From Nitrospirota bacterium (GTDB taxonomy: Bacteria; Nitrospirota; UBA9217), in assembly GCA_963740085.1 (NCBI GenBank), contig CAVUCU010000001.1:640001-704000 (forward strand): a DNA stretch of 64,000 nt, in the 5' to 3' direction. This document shows positions 21,415 through 30,725 of the stretch, piece after piece. Each line of letters starts with the position of its first letter. Within the stretch, counting starts at the first letter, position 1. A program made the translations under genes and the position numbers. The notes under the pieces were generated by a model, which saw only the letters and a list, made by a program, of their open reading frames with translations, made no database searches and had not been told where the DNA came from.

Positions 21415-22738
21415 TCATTTCAAGCTCAGCATATAATCCGTGAGCTCCTTCAACTCATTGTCCGGCAGCATAACTTTCGGCATAATGGACCCCGGCGAGA
21501 CGGCCTGCGGGTCCTTGAAGTGGCGCATGAGCCAGTCGGCGTCGCGTTTGCTCGCCGACGTGTGTAAGTTCGGGACCCAGTTTGCCGCCCTCGCCATGGA
21601 TGCTGTGGCAGGCAGTGCAGCCGTTCGTGTTAAATAAGATGCGGCCGGCGAGAACGGACGGAGATGTCACTGCCGGGGCATTGACAATCGGCGCCTGCGC
21701 ACCCATGATCGTGAGGGCGCTGACCGTCACCACGGCCAGGCCGGCTATGGTCATCATTATCTTTCTCTTCTGCGGCGCCCGCTCGGGATCCCTGTCAAGG
21801 AAGGGTAAAAGAATGAGCGCGATGAGCGCGATCGTCGGGAGTATCACCGTGCCGACAATTTCGAACTTCCCCTCGAAGATCCGGAGCAGCTGGAACACAA
21901 AATAGAAATACCACTCAGGCCGCGGGTTATACGTGCTGTCCGTGGGGTCTGCCTGGGGTTCGAGCGGCGCGGGAAACATGACCGCTAAGCTCGCGAGCAA
22001 AAGAAAAACGATGATGATGAAGCTCGAGTCTTTGAACAGCTGGTTCGGGAAAAGCGGTTCGGATCGGTCCGGGGTTCTTTTCGCGGCATTCCATGTGCCA
22101 CCCGCCCCGGCGCGCTCAAGCAGGAAGATGTGCAGACCGGCAAGAAGCGCAAGGCCCCACGGCAGGATATACGTGTGGACTGCAAAGAAACGGCTGAGCG
22201 CAAGATTGCCGAGTTCCGTGCCGCCGCGCACGATCCGGAGAAGCAGGCCGCCGACAACAGGCGCCGTGCCGGCCACGTTCGTACCGACCACCGTGGCCCA
22301 GTAGGCCTTCTGGTCCCAGGGCAGAAGATAGCCGGTGAACGCGAACCCGCCCACGAGCGCGATCAACCCGACCCCGAGGAGCCAGATGATTTCTCTCGGT
22401 TTTTTGTACGCGCCGAAAACGAAGACGCGCAGCATGTGGAGCGCCACGAGCACCATCATGAAACTGGCGCCCCAGTGGTGCAGGCCGCGGACAAAGCTTC
22501 CGAAAGGCGCTTCGTTCTGGATGAATTTTACACTCGCGTAGGCGTGATCAGGCGTCGGTGCATAGTAGAAGGCAAGGAGGATTCCGCTCACCATCTGGAG
22601 GGTGAAGATGAACGCGAGCGATGCTCCGAGCACATAGAACCAGCTCGACCCGCCCGGGATGGGACGGTCAGCGAAAGAATTCCAGAGGCCTCTCAGTTTT
22701 ATGCGTTCATCGAACCAGTCGAGCAGTTGCGAGATCAT
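21415..22738 (-). CDS. Cytochrome b fused to subunit IV and a C-terminal c-type cytochrome (bc complex); +1 frameshift near 21553
   Basis: RGLHHWGAS, HMLRVF, TGYLLPWDQ, PEWY, CTACH; C-terminus (RDADWL..PGSIMP..YMLSLK) continues in ORF 21415..21597. Confidence 0.88.
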
Positions 22739-22887
22739 GGGTCCTCCTGAAAATATAGCCACCGAGATGATCCCGGGGGATGATACATGAGGGATTAAAA
22801 ATGCGCTCACCCGGCGTCCCTCGTTCCTCATCCATCATCCATGGCTCCCAATTCTGGTGATTCCTCTTGATCGATCGCGTTACGCAT

Positions 22888-23397
22888 TTATGCCGCGACC
22901 TTTTCCCCGATGCCCAGCTGGAACACCTCGAACTTCACCATCACCCTGCCGTTCTCCAGCCTGACCTCAAGGGTATCGAGCGACCGGGGAGCCGGGCCTC
23001 CCAGCACCTTGCCGTTGATATCGAAGACACTGCCGTGGCAGGGGCACTTGAAACGCCTGTCGGCATCGGACCACCGGTATCCGCAGCCCAGGTGCGGGCA
23101 GTTCGGCGAGTACGCGGTCACCGTATTGTCCTGTCTCCTGACGATCCAGATGGATCTCTCCTGCTTTTCCTCCTGCCAACCGCTCCTGACAAGCTGAAAG
23201 AACCTCCGCTCCTGCGGTTCGTTTACCTTCAGGTCATTCAGAGTTCCTGCGTCGCTCCAGCTCGTTTCTTTCTTCCTGAGCGCAGGCAGGATGCCGAAGC
23301 CGCCGAACGGTACCGTCAGCGCCGCAGCTATGAAAACGCCGATGCCCACGATGGTGCGAACCATGAAGTTCCTTCGCGTTACGTCCTGATCGTTCAT
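22888..23397 (-). CDS. Rieske 2Fe-2S subunit of the bc complex
   Basis: Tat motif TRRNF, CPHLGC and CPCHGS boxes, GPAPRSL. Confidence 0.93.
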   Translation of the reverse strand: MNDQDVTRRNFMVRTIVGIGVFIAAALTVPFGGFGILPALRKKETSWSDAGTLNDLKVNEPQERRFFQLVRSGWQEEKQERSIWIVRRQDNTVTAYSPNCPHLGCGYRWSDADRRFKCPCHGSVFDINGKVLGGPAPRSLDTLEVRLENGRVMVKFEVFQLGIGEKVAA

Positions 23398-23478
23398 CAA
23401 ACCTCCTGGAAAGAATAAAGCTCCGCGCAACTGACTCAGACCATTACGATTCCATCGCAATTGCAACATTAGTCAAGG

Positions 23479-24117
23479 TCAGATCAAAAGGAGTTCGCGC
23501 TCGCCGTTCAGATACCGTTGCGCAAGGAGCAGAAGCTTCAGATAATAGTTGTCAATACAGGGGACAAAATCGTTTACGGACACCAACACCCGCCCGCAGG
23601 GCGAACCGGTCCTGTACAGGGAACCCTCCACGATCGATCGTTTACCGGAGAAAAGCTGGATCCCCTTTTCAAGGTTCATCTCAAGCACGCCGTCCACCTC
23701 TTCCTTCTGAAGTGCAAGGGCAGCGGGCCGTACATCATGAACAAGCATAAACACGTCCTGGAATTCGTATTCGATGGCTCCGGGGGTAAAGCAGTACACA
23801 AACACCCTGCGTCCGACGGGAAGAAGATCCTCAAAACGCACCTCAAGCCCCAGTTCCTCTTTGATCTCCCGTGGCCCGGCGACCGTCGCATCCTCGCCGG
23901 CGGCGTAGTGTCCCCCAACGCTTACATCGAACTTGTCGGGCGCTATTTTTTTTTGCGTTGACCGCTTCTGGAACAGGACATAACCGATGCCCTTCCCCTT
24001 ATACACGATGAGGCAATGGAATGCCCCATGCCATACACCCGTCTCGTGAGCCATATCACGCGTGATGACCTCTCCGGTTTTGCGGCCCGCACAATCCAAC
24101 ACGTCAAAACGCTCCAC
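23479..24117 (-). CDS. NUDIX hydrolase (IPP-isomerase-like)
   Basis: ERFDVLD..G, HETGVWH, FQKRS, GGHY..GE....REIKEELGL; probable GTG start after AAAGGA. Confidence 0.82.
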   Translation of the reverse strand: MERFDVLDCAGRKTGEVITRDMAHETGVWHGAFHCLIVYKGKGIGYVLFQKRSTQKKIAPDKFDVSVGGHYAAGEDATVAGPREIKEELGLEVRFEDLLPVGRRVFVYCFTPGAIEYEFQDVFMLVHDVRPAALALQKEEVDGVLEMNLEKGIQLFSGKRSIVEGSLYRTGSPCGRVLVSVNDFVPCIDNYYLKLLLLAQRYLNGERELLLI

Positions 24118-24231
24118 CTGAACGGTTCCTTTCTCCGCATCATAAAACCCGCCAATTATACGCTTATTTGTTTTTTCTGGCAACATTCGCGTGATTTCAG
24201 TATAATGGATTGAAACTTCCTGTACAGCCTT

Positions 24232-25224
24232 ATGAATATGGTAACCTTCTACAACTCCTATCCGGGTATGTACATCACCCAATCGTTCTTTCACTCGTTC
24301 ATAACCGTGCTGCTTGTCGATGCGGCTCTCCAGGCGTGGAAGATCGAGAACCCCATCACGCGACAATACTTCCGCCTCATCGTCATCATCCTGCCGATCC
24401 TATCGTTTCCCCTCTACCAGGCCTTGAGTCCGGAACGGGGTTCGCTCTCCTTCAGACTGGACGCCCTGTTTGATTCGACCCGTTGGCTGAATCTCGATAT
24501 CTGGCACGGCATAACGTCCGGGATGCTGTTCTTCCTCTTGCTGTCCTTTACGACGATTGTCTTTCTCCTCCAGGAGATGATCCCCATCATCAAACACGCG
24601 CTTGCATCGAGAGTGACCGAATCCTCTGGTGAAAAGCCCGCGGAGGATTCCGCCGTTAGCCGTGCATTGGCCGGCATATCCGGCCCCAAACCCGACGTCT
24701 TCATAGTCCAGGACGACGACCTTATCCTGTTCGTTACTACGGGAAAACATCCTGCGATCTTTCTTTCAACGGGAACCGTCGAGGCCTTTACGATAGAGCA
24801 GCTGCAAACGGCGCTTGCCCATGAGATCGCCCATATCGAGCGAAATAAGCGGCCGCTGCTCATCGCCGCGTTCGTGCTCAGGATCGTTCAGTTTTTCAGC
24901 CCCGTCGCCCTCATTGAGTTCCGGAGGATCGTGCAGGAAGAGGAAAAAATATGTGACGATTTCGCGGTGACCCTGACGGGAAAATCCCAGGCCCTTGCAG
25001 ATACGCTGCGCAAGTTTCACGGCCCGGCCGACAACCGTCAAGCGGGGGGCGCCGGCGCCGCAATGCCCCTCAAAGAACGCTTGAACGAATCTGGCCACAC
25101 GCGGATCATCATGAACAGAATTTTGCGCCTCGAGGCAAACCCCATACTAAGGCCTTCACGGGATCGTTTTGCGTTCCTCATCACCTGCACAGCGATCCTC
25201 ATCATCAACTACGCCATCGTATGA
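24232..25224 (+). CDS. Membrane zinc metallopeptidase, M56/M48 (BlaR1-like) family
   Basis: N-terminal TM helices, ALAHEIAH (HExxH), EEKICDDFA. Confidence 0.85.
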   Translation: MNMVTFYNSYPGMYITQSFFHSFITVLLVDAALQAWKIENPITRQYFRLIVIILPILSFPLYQALSPERGSLSFRLDALFDSTRWLNLDIWHGITSGMLFFLLLSFTTIVFLLQEMIPIIKHALASRVTESSGEKPAEDSAVSRALAGISGPKPDVFIVQDDDLILFVTTGKHPAIFLSTGTVEAFTIEQLQTALAHEIAHIERNKRPLLIAAFVLRIVQFFSPVALIEFRRIVQEEEKICDDFAVTLTGKSQALADTLRKFHGPADNRQAGGAGAAMPLKERLNESGHTRIIMNRILRLEANPILRPSRDRFAFLITCTAILIINYAIV

Positions 25225-25772
25225 CCGATCAGGGAGATACCATGTGGGAAAGAATGCGCGGCTTTATCATGTTCATCGTAGCGGTTGGCATCTTGATTGT
25301 TTTCCTCAAAGCGCTGAACTGGGTTCCGGGTATCCTCCAGGAAGGCCTTTCGAACACCTATGGCAGTATTGAAGAAGTCGAATCGAAACTTCATTTTCGG
25401 GAAATATTGATCCCCTCGTACTACCCGCAAGGACTGCAATGGCCACCGGCGCTGATAACAGCGCAGACGAAGCCCTATGCCATGGTCCAGATGGAATGTA
25501 CCCGGCAACAAGATAACAAGGTATCGCTCATTATTTCACAGACTGCACTACCCTACCCCGATCCCAAGGTGTCCATAGAAATGATCAAAAAAAATGAACC
25601 GGTCCAATATACTTTTAAGGGACGAAATGCCGCGCTCGTCGCGGGCCTGTGCGGAAATAATGAGCCTTGCAGCCGCATCTCATGGAATGAGCCCCGCTAT
25701 CATATAGACGTGATCATGCTGTCCCTCCCCTCAGAAATCGTAAAAATCGCTGAAAGCATGGTCTCGAAATAA
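25221..25772 (+). CDS. Membrane-anchored hypothetical protein
   Basis: Overlaps the peptidase stop (ATGA); single N-terminal TM and a soluble domain (PSYYPQGLQWPP). Confidence 0.72.
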   Translation: MTDQGDTMWERMRGFIMFIVAVGILIVFLKALNWVPGILQEGLSNTYGSIEEVESKLHFREILIPSYYPQGLQWPPALITAQTKPYAMVQMECTRQQDNKVSLIISQTALPYPDPKVSIEMIKKNEPVQYTFKGRNAALVAGLCGNNEPCSRISWNEPRYHIDVIMLSLPSEIVKIAESMVSK

Positions 25773-25911
25773 TTCTCCATGAACTCCCGATGCCCGTATG
25801 CGCGGTATCCACCTGACGGGAACGCATTTCTTATCGACCCACCTGACATTGCAGCAAACAATAAATACAGCTTTAGCACTAAGAGCATATTCCCGCTTGA
25901 CTACGAGTTTT

Positions 25912-26835
25912 TACCGATTATCAAAATGTGATTCATATGATAAGGTTCAATCAACGATACGACAAGTCACAAAAAAAGGAGGTAACACACCATGCTTACA
26001 CATGCGGGAGGACAAGTGGTCGGGAACGGAACGTACTGGGATATCATGACCGGACTAAGGGTCGACATAGAACGGGAAGGAACGCTCCCGGGGGGAAACC
26101 GGACAAAATACCTGAAGGCTTCTTCAAGTGCAGTGCTGTTGTCGGGGCCCATTCTTGGGTTGGCCTACGTCATTTTTCTGCCGATCGTGGGCATCGTGAC
26201 GGCGCTCTCCCTCCTGGTTCGGAAGGTTTTGGGAGGGGTGTTCAGCCTGGGCAGGAACATCATCTCTTTCGGATGGAGACCCACCGAGGCGTATTTGGGC
26301 GGAAAGAACAGAAGGAAAGGTGACGGCGACAAGCCGGGAAGATCGCCGAATAAAAAGTGAGCGGGGGAATGCCGACGCTCTCACGATGGCGCACTCACGA
26401 CAAACAATAATCTAAAACTAAAGGAGGGCATAGTTATGAACAGCATGTTTGATTTTGTCACCCATGTCAAGGTGGTCGAGTATCTTCTTTCCCTGGCCTT
26501 AATTGCAGGATATCTTCTGGTCTGGGAGGCGCTGAAACCAAGACCGTTCCGCAAGGTAAAGGAGGTCGGCCAGGAGGATCTGGCGCATATCAGGCAGAAC
26601 GGCATGAAGGGCACGCTGAAGCTGGTGGGAAAGATCGCCGCCGCTCCATTCGTCGGGCTGCTCTATATAATCCTTCTCCCCGTCGGCCTGGTCAGCGCAC
26701 TGTTCTATGCCCTGATCTCGGGGGTGATGGGAAAAAGCCCGTCATTTTCCTGGAGACCGGCCGAGGCATACCTCTCCGGCAAAAAGAAGACCAAGAAACA
26801 GGAAGTTGATACCGACAAGCAGCCTGAGAAAAAAT
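25912..26835 (+). repeat. Copy 1 of the ~1 kb two-gene cassette
   Basis: Near-identical to the copies at 28743 and 29769 by direct comparison. Confidence 0.95.
25992..26360 (+). CDS. Small membrane protein A, copy 1
   Basis: 122 aa; AGGAGG RBS; TM segment plus WRPTEAYLGG. Confidence 0.8.
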   Translation: MLTHAGGQVVGNGTYWDIMTGLRVDIEREGTLPGGNRTKYLKASSSAVLLSGPILGLAYVIFLPIVGIVTALSLLVRKVLGGVFSLGRNIISFGWRPTEAYLGGKNRRKGDGDKPGRSPNKK

Positions 26836-26837
26836 AA
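26436..26837 (+). CDS. Small membrane protein B (HmcD-like N-terminus), copy 1
   Basis: 133 aa; AGGAGG RBS; two hydrophobic segments plus WRPAEAYLSG. Confidence 0.8.
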   Translation: MNSMFDFVTHVKVVEYLLSLALIAGYLLVWEALKPRPFRKVKEVGQEDLAHIRQNGMKGTLKLVGKIAAAPFVGLLYIILLPVGLVSALFYALISGVMGKSPSFSWRPAEAYLSGKKKTKKQEVDTDKQPEKK

Positions 26838-26844
26838 CGTTTCC

Positions 26845-26886
26845 GTCACAGGAGGGACGCTCGAAGTAAGAGCACCCTCCTGCGAC
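26845..26886. terminator. Stem-loop after B1, between convergent genes
   Basis: GTCACAGGAGGG..GCTC / GAGC..CCCTCCTGCGAC inverted repeat. Confidence 0.5.
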
Positions 26887-27102
26887 ATCTCAGTTTCTCG
26901 ACGCCATGATCCTTTTCAGGTTTTCACTTCGTTTTTCTTACGTCAACCGCGGCGCCTGCAAAAGAAAGCCTCTTTTTCTGCGATATTGCCGCTCATCGAC
27001 CATGACCCCGTGTTCAAGTATCTTTTCGCTCATTACAAAAGTCGAATGAAGGGCCAAGACACATCGGGACGGTCCTGACCCAAAACGCTCGATCCCCTGC
27101 CG

Positions 27103-27351
27103 TCATTCCTGTCCGCAGGACGGCGTCTCACACGGGGTTCTGCTTCCACAGCATGTCTGGGCCTTCCCGCATTGGGTGCGTATCCCTGTTCCGGAATCGG
27201 CGCCCTTTATCAGAAAACCGCTTCCTCCCGAATAAATCCTTCTCACGCTTCCCTTGCAATCGGGACAGGCAGTGACCGGTGCATCATGCATTGACTGGCT
27301 GATCTCGAACCGTGTGCCGCAGGCATCGCAACCATATTCATATACCGGCAT
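27103..27351 (-). CDS. FmdB-family zinc-ribbon protein with Cys-rich tail
   Basis: MPVYEYGCDAC...CPDC..VRRIYS; tail CGKAQTCCG..PCETPSC. Confidence 0.88.
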   Translation of the reverse strand: MPVYEYGCDACGTRFEISQSMHDAPVTACPDCKGSVRRIYSGGSGFLIKGADSGTGIRTQCGKAQTCCGSRTPCETPSCGQE

Positions 27352-27477
27352 TACGTTCTCCTTAGATGGTTCATTTTTTTATCGCATTCGGGCCAAGATG
27401 ACAGCATGATCGTATTCGTGACGGGGGAACAATCGCCCCGGACAGCAGGTACGCTTCCGGGGCAGAGTAACAAGTCG

Positions 27478-27807
27478 TTAGATTTTCTGCAGAATGGCGA
27501 GCGATGTCTTTGTAAAACAGACTCCCTCGGGAAGTTTGCAGTTCCCTGCCTTCTTCTGACCTACGGGATTCTCCGGTTTATTCATGGCTGCTATCCCGCC
27601 CCTGGCAGCGGCAAAAACACGGGTGAACTCTCCCGAAAGGCCCTTTATTTCCCCTGCGTACTGGGTCTCGAATTTGGCCAGATTCTCTTTGACCGCCGTG
27701 AGCGTAGTAATGAAGGAATTACAGGAACGGCAAAACGGGTCCGCCTGCTGGTTCTTCAGCACGCCGAACAGATATGCATAACTACGCGCCTGATTCATGA
27801 TCTCCAT
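27478..27807 (-). CDS. Hypothetical Cys-motif protein
   Basis: GGAGG RBS; CRSC and Cx6C motifs; operon context. Confidence 0.7.
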   Translation of the reverse strand: MEIMNQARSYAYLFGVLKNQQADPFCRSCNSFITTLTAVKENLAKFETQYAGEIKGLSGEFTRVFAAARGGIAAMNKPENPVGQKKAGNCKLPEGVCFTKTSLAILQKI

Positions 27808-27843
27808 TGATAAGGCCCTCCTCTGTGTATATACGGGAAATAT

Positions 27844-28224
27844 TTAATGAGCGCATCCCCCGTCGTCGCTGTGGCCGCCGCAGCACCCCTGGAGCGTCAA
27901 CGTGGGGAGTTTCTGCGAATCGAACATCGTCATGTTTTCCCGTATCGTTGCCGCCGATGAACGATGCACGATGATCCCCATCTGGTTCAGCCTCGTAAGC
28001 GCGCCCGCGCCGATGCCGCCCACGACGATCGCGTCGACCTTCTGATTGTCGAGCGCCTTCATGGGGTTGCACGCTCCATGGGTGTGGTGCTGGTCCCGGT
28101 TGTTGATCGTTGAGATATCATTCGTGTCGGTATCCACCACGACAAAAAACGGCGCCGAGCCGAAATGATTGAACACCGCGCTTTCGATCCCATCGTCTTT
28201 CTGTACTGGAAAACAGATCTTCAT
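27844..28224 (-). CDS. NifB/NifX-family (FeMo-cofactor-binding domain) protein
   Basis: MKICFP, HFGSAPFF, VDAIVVGGIGAGA; Cys/His-rich tail. Confidence 0.9.
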   Translation of the reverse strand: MKICFPVQKDDGIESAVFNHFGSAPFFVVVDTDTNDISTINNRDQHHTHGACNPMKALDNQKVDAIVVGGIGAGALTRLNQMGIIVHRSSAATIRENMTMFDSQKLPTLTLQGCCGGHSDDGGCAH

Positions 28225-28247
28225 GTTCGTTCCTCCCTATAAAGTGG

Positions 28248-28523
28248 TTATTCAAACACTATGGCCTTGCCTGTTGCAAGCGCCATCGCAACTTTTTTTC
28301 TCGCCAGAGAAAGAATCCTCTGAATGGTCCCCCTCGACACGCCCATCCTGTCGCCTGCTTCTTCCTGCGTCAGGTCGTCAAGGTCGCAGAGTTTCAAGGC
28401 CTCAAGCTCATCCAGGGAAACAGAAATGCGTTCCACCTCGGACATCGGGACCCCCGTGGGCTTGTATGCCTTTCCCTTGAAGCTGCACTGGCAATGACGC
28501 GGTTTTTTACAACGTGGAGACAT
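28248..28523 (-). CDS. DUF134 family HTH DNA-binding protein
   Basis: PRCKKPRHC, YKPTGVP, DELEALKLCD, TQEEAG.RMGVSRGT, ARKKVA. Confidence 0.88.
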   Translation of the reverse strand: MSPRCKKPRHCQCSFKGKAYKPTGVPMSEVERISVSLDELEALKLCDLDDLTQEEAGDRMGVSRGTIQRILSLARKKVAMALATGKAIVFE

Positions 28524-28541
28524 GAAGACCTTTCTTTATTT

Positions 28542-28585
28542 GTGCATATGCACGTAATGATACCCGGTGCACTTTCTGTTGTCAA
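28542..28585 (-). promoter_or_regulatory. Sigma-70 promoter with a 12-bp palindromic operator at the expected start site
   Basis: Minus strand TTGACA-17 nt-TATCAT; perfect palindrome GTGCATATGCAC at 28542-28553. Confidence 0.7.
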
Positions 28586-28742
28586 GGGTTTTCTTTTCTT
28601 TAGCAGCAATATTCCTGGTCACAAGGCATGGCAGCAGGCATAGCAGGACTTTGCGGATACGGCAAGAACGAACAAGAAAGCACGTCCTCCGAGACTATCG
28701 CTCGCCTGCATCACGTTTTCATAAGATAAACTCCACGGTATA

Positions 28743-29700
28743 ACTACGAACATTTTCCTATGTACGTAGGAACTTATACCGATTATCAAAATGTGATTCA
28801 TATGATAAGGTTCAATCAACGATACGACAAGTCACAAAAAAAGGAGGTACACACCATGCTTACACATGCGGGAGGACAAGTGGTCGGGAACGGAACGTAC
28901 TGGGATATCATGACCGGACTAAGGGTCGACATAGAACGGGAAGGAACGCTCCCGGGGGGAAACCGGACAAAATACCTGAAGGCTTCTTCAAGTGCAGTGC
29001 TGTTGTCGGGGCCCATTCTTGGGTTGGCCTACGTCATTTTTCTGCCGATCATGGGCATCGTGACGGCGCTCTCCCTCCTGGTTCGGAAGGTTTTGGGAGG
29101 GGTGTTCAGCCTGGGCAGGAACATCATCTCTTTCGGATGGAGACCCACCGAGGCGTATTTGGGCGGAAAGAACAGAAGGAAAGGTGACGGCGACAAGCCG
29201 GGAAGATCGCCGAATAAAAAGTGAGCGGGGGAATGCCGACGCTCTCATGATGGCGCACTCACGACAAACAATAATCTAAAACTAAAGGAGGGCATAGTTA
29301 TGAACAGCATGTTTGATTTTGTCACCCATGTCAAGGTGGTCGAGTATCTTCTTTCCCTGGCCTTAATTGCAGGATATCTTCTGGTCTGGGAGGCGCTGAA
29401 ACCAAGACCGTTCCGCAAGGTAAAGGAGGTCGGCCAAGAGGATCTGGCGCATATCAGGCAGAACGGCATGAAGGGCACGCTGAAGCTGGTGGGAAAGATC
29501 GCCGCCGCTCCATTCGTCGGGCTGCTCTATATAATCCTTCTCCCTGTCGGCCTGGTCAGCGCACTGTCCTATGCCCTGATCTCGGGGGTGATGGGAAAAA
29601 GCCCGTCGTTTTCCTGGAGACCGGCCGAGGCATACCTCTCCGGCCACAAGAAGACCAAAAAGCAGGAAGCTGTTGACGACAAGCAATCTGAGCAGAAGGA
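28743..29700 (+). repeat. Copy 2 of the ~1 kb two-gene cassette
   Basis: Offset by 1026 bp from copy 3; 3' end of gene B diverges. Confidence 0.95.
28856..29224 (+). CDS. Small membrane protein A, copy 2
   Basis: Same as A1 except one V-to-M change; AGGAGG RBS before ATG 28856. Confidence 0.8.
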   Translation: MLTHAGGQVVGNGTYWDIMTGLRVDIEREGTLPGGNRTKYLKASSSAVLLSGPILGLAYVIFLPIMGIVTALSLLVRKVLGGVFSLGRNIISFGWRPTEAYLGGKNRRKGDGDKPGRSPNKK

Positions 29701-29713
29701 GAACTCACGATAA
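29300..29713 (+). CDS. Small membrane protein B, copy 2
   Basis: 137 aa; distinct C-terminal tail. Confidence 0.8.
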   Translation: MNSMFDFVTHVKVVEYLLSLALIAGYLLVWEALKPRPFRKVKEVGQEDLAHIRQNGMKGTLKLVGKIAAAPFVGLLYIILLPVGLVSALSYALISGVMGKSPSFSWRPAEAYLSGHKKTKKQEAVDDKQSEQKENSR

Positions 29714-29768
29714 CGCAGGAAGGCTTGCTCTCAGCAGACGTTATCACCATTAAACGTTACTATTTGTT

Positions 29769-30725
29769 ACTACGAACATTTTCCTATGTACGTAGGAACT
29801 TATACCGATTATCAAAATGTGATTCATATGATAAGGTTCAATCAACGATACGACAAGTCACAAAAAAAGGAGGTACACACCATGCTTACACATGCGGGAG
29901 GACAAGTGGTCGGGAACGGAACGTACTGGGATATCATGACCGGACTAAGGGTCGACATAGAACGGGAAGGAACGCTCCCGGGGGGAAACCGGACAAAATA
30001 CCTGAAGGCTTCTTCAAGTGCAGTGCTGTTGTCGGGGCCCATTCTTGGGTTGGCCTACGTCATTTTTCTGCCGATCGTGGGCATCGTGACGGCGCTCTCC
30101 CTCCTGGTTCGGAAGGTTTTGGGAGGGGTGTTCAGCCTGGGCAGGAACATCATCTCTTTCGGATGGAGACCCACCGAGGCGTATTTGGGCGGAAAGAACA
30201 GAAGGAAAGGTGACGGCGACAAGCCGGGAAGATCGCCGAATAAAAAGTGAGCGGGGGAATGCCGACGCTCTCACGATGGCGCACTCACGACAAACAATAA
30301 TCTAAAACTAAAGGAGGGCATAGTTATGAACAGCATGTTTGATTTTGTCACCCATGTCAAGGTGGTCGAGTATCTTCTTTCCCTGGCCTTAATTGCAGGA
30401 TATCTTCTGGTCTGGGAGGCGCTGAAACCAAGACCGTTCCGCAAGGTAAAGGAGGTCGGCCAAGAGGATCTGGCGCATATCAGGCAGAACGGCATGAAGG
30501 GCACGCTGAAGCTGGTGGGAAAGATCGCCGCCGCCCCGTTCGTCGGGCTGCTCTATATAATTCTTCTCCCGGTCGGCCTGGTCAGCGCACTGTCCTATGC
30601 CCTGATCTCGGGTGTGATGGGAAAAAGCGCGTCATTTTCCTGGAGACCTGCCGAGGCATACCTCTCCGGCAAAAAGAAGACCAAGAAGCAGGAAGTTGAT
30701 ACCGACAAGCAGCCTGAGAAAAAAT
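29769..30725 (+). repeat. Copy 3 of the ~1 kb two-gene cassette
   Basis: Tandem to copy 2; directly precedes the cytochrome c3 gene. Confidence 0.95.
29882..30250 (+). CDS. Small membrane protein A, copy 3
   Basis: Protein identical to A1. Confidence 0.8.
   Translation: MLTHAGGQVVGNGTYWDIMTGLRVDIEREGTLPGGNRTKYLKASSSAVLLSGPILGLAYVIFLPIVGIVTALSLLVRKVLGGVFSLGRNIISFGWRPTEAYLGGKNRRKGDGDKPGRSPNKK

Noticed and set aside
24118-24366. N-terminal extension of the NUDIX ORF
   Set aside because: It overlaps the divergent peptidase gene; family similarity starts at ERFDVLD, after a plausible RBS.
27844-28224. NifX-like gene as evidence of nitrogen fixation
   Set aside because: No nifHDK or nifENB genes are in the window, and this family commonly occurs with DUF134 in non-diazotrophs.
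28760-28855. Longer 154 aa versions of gene A in copies 2 and 3
   Set aside because: The extension runs through the upstream regulatory element, is out of frame in copy 1, and the strong AGGAGG RBS precedes MLTHAGG.
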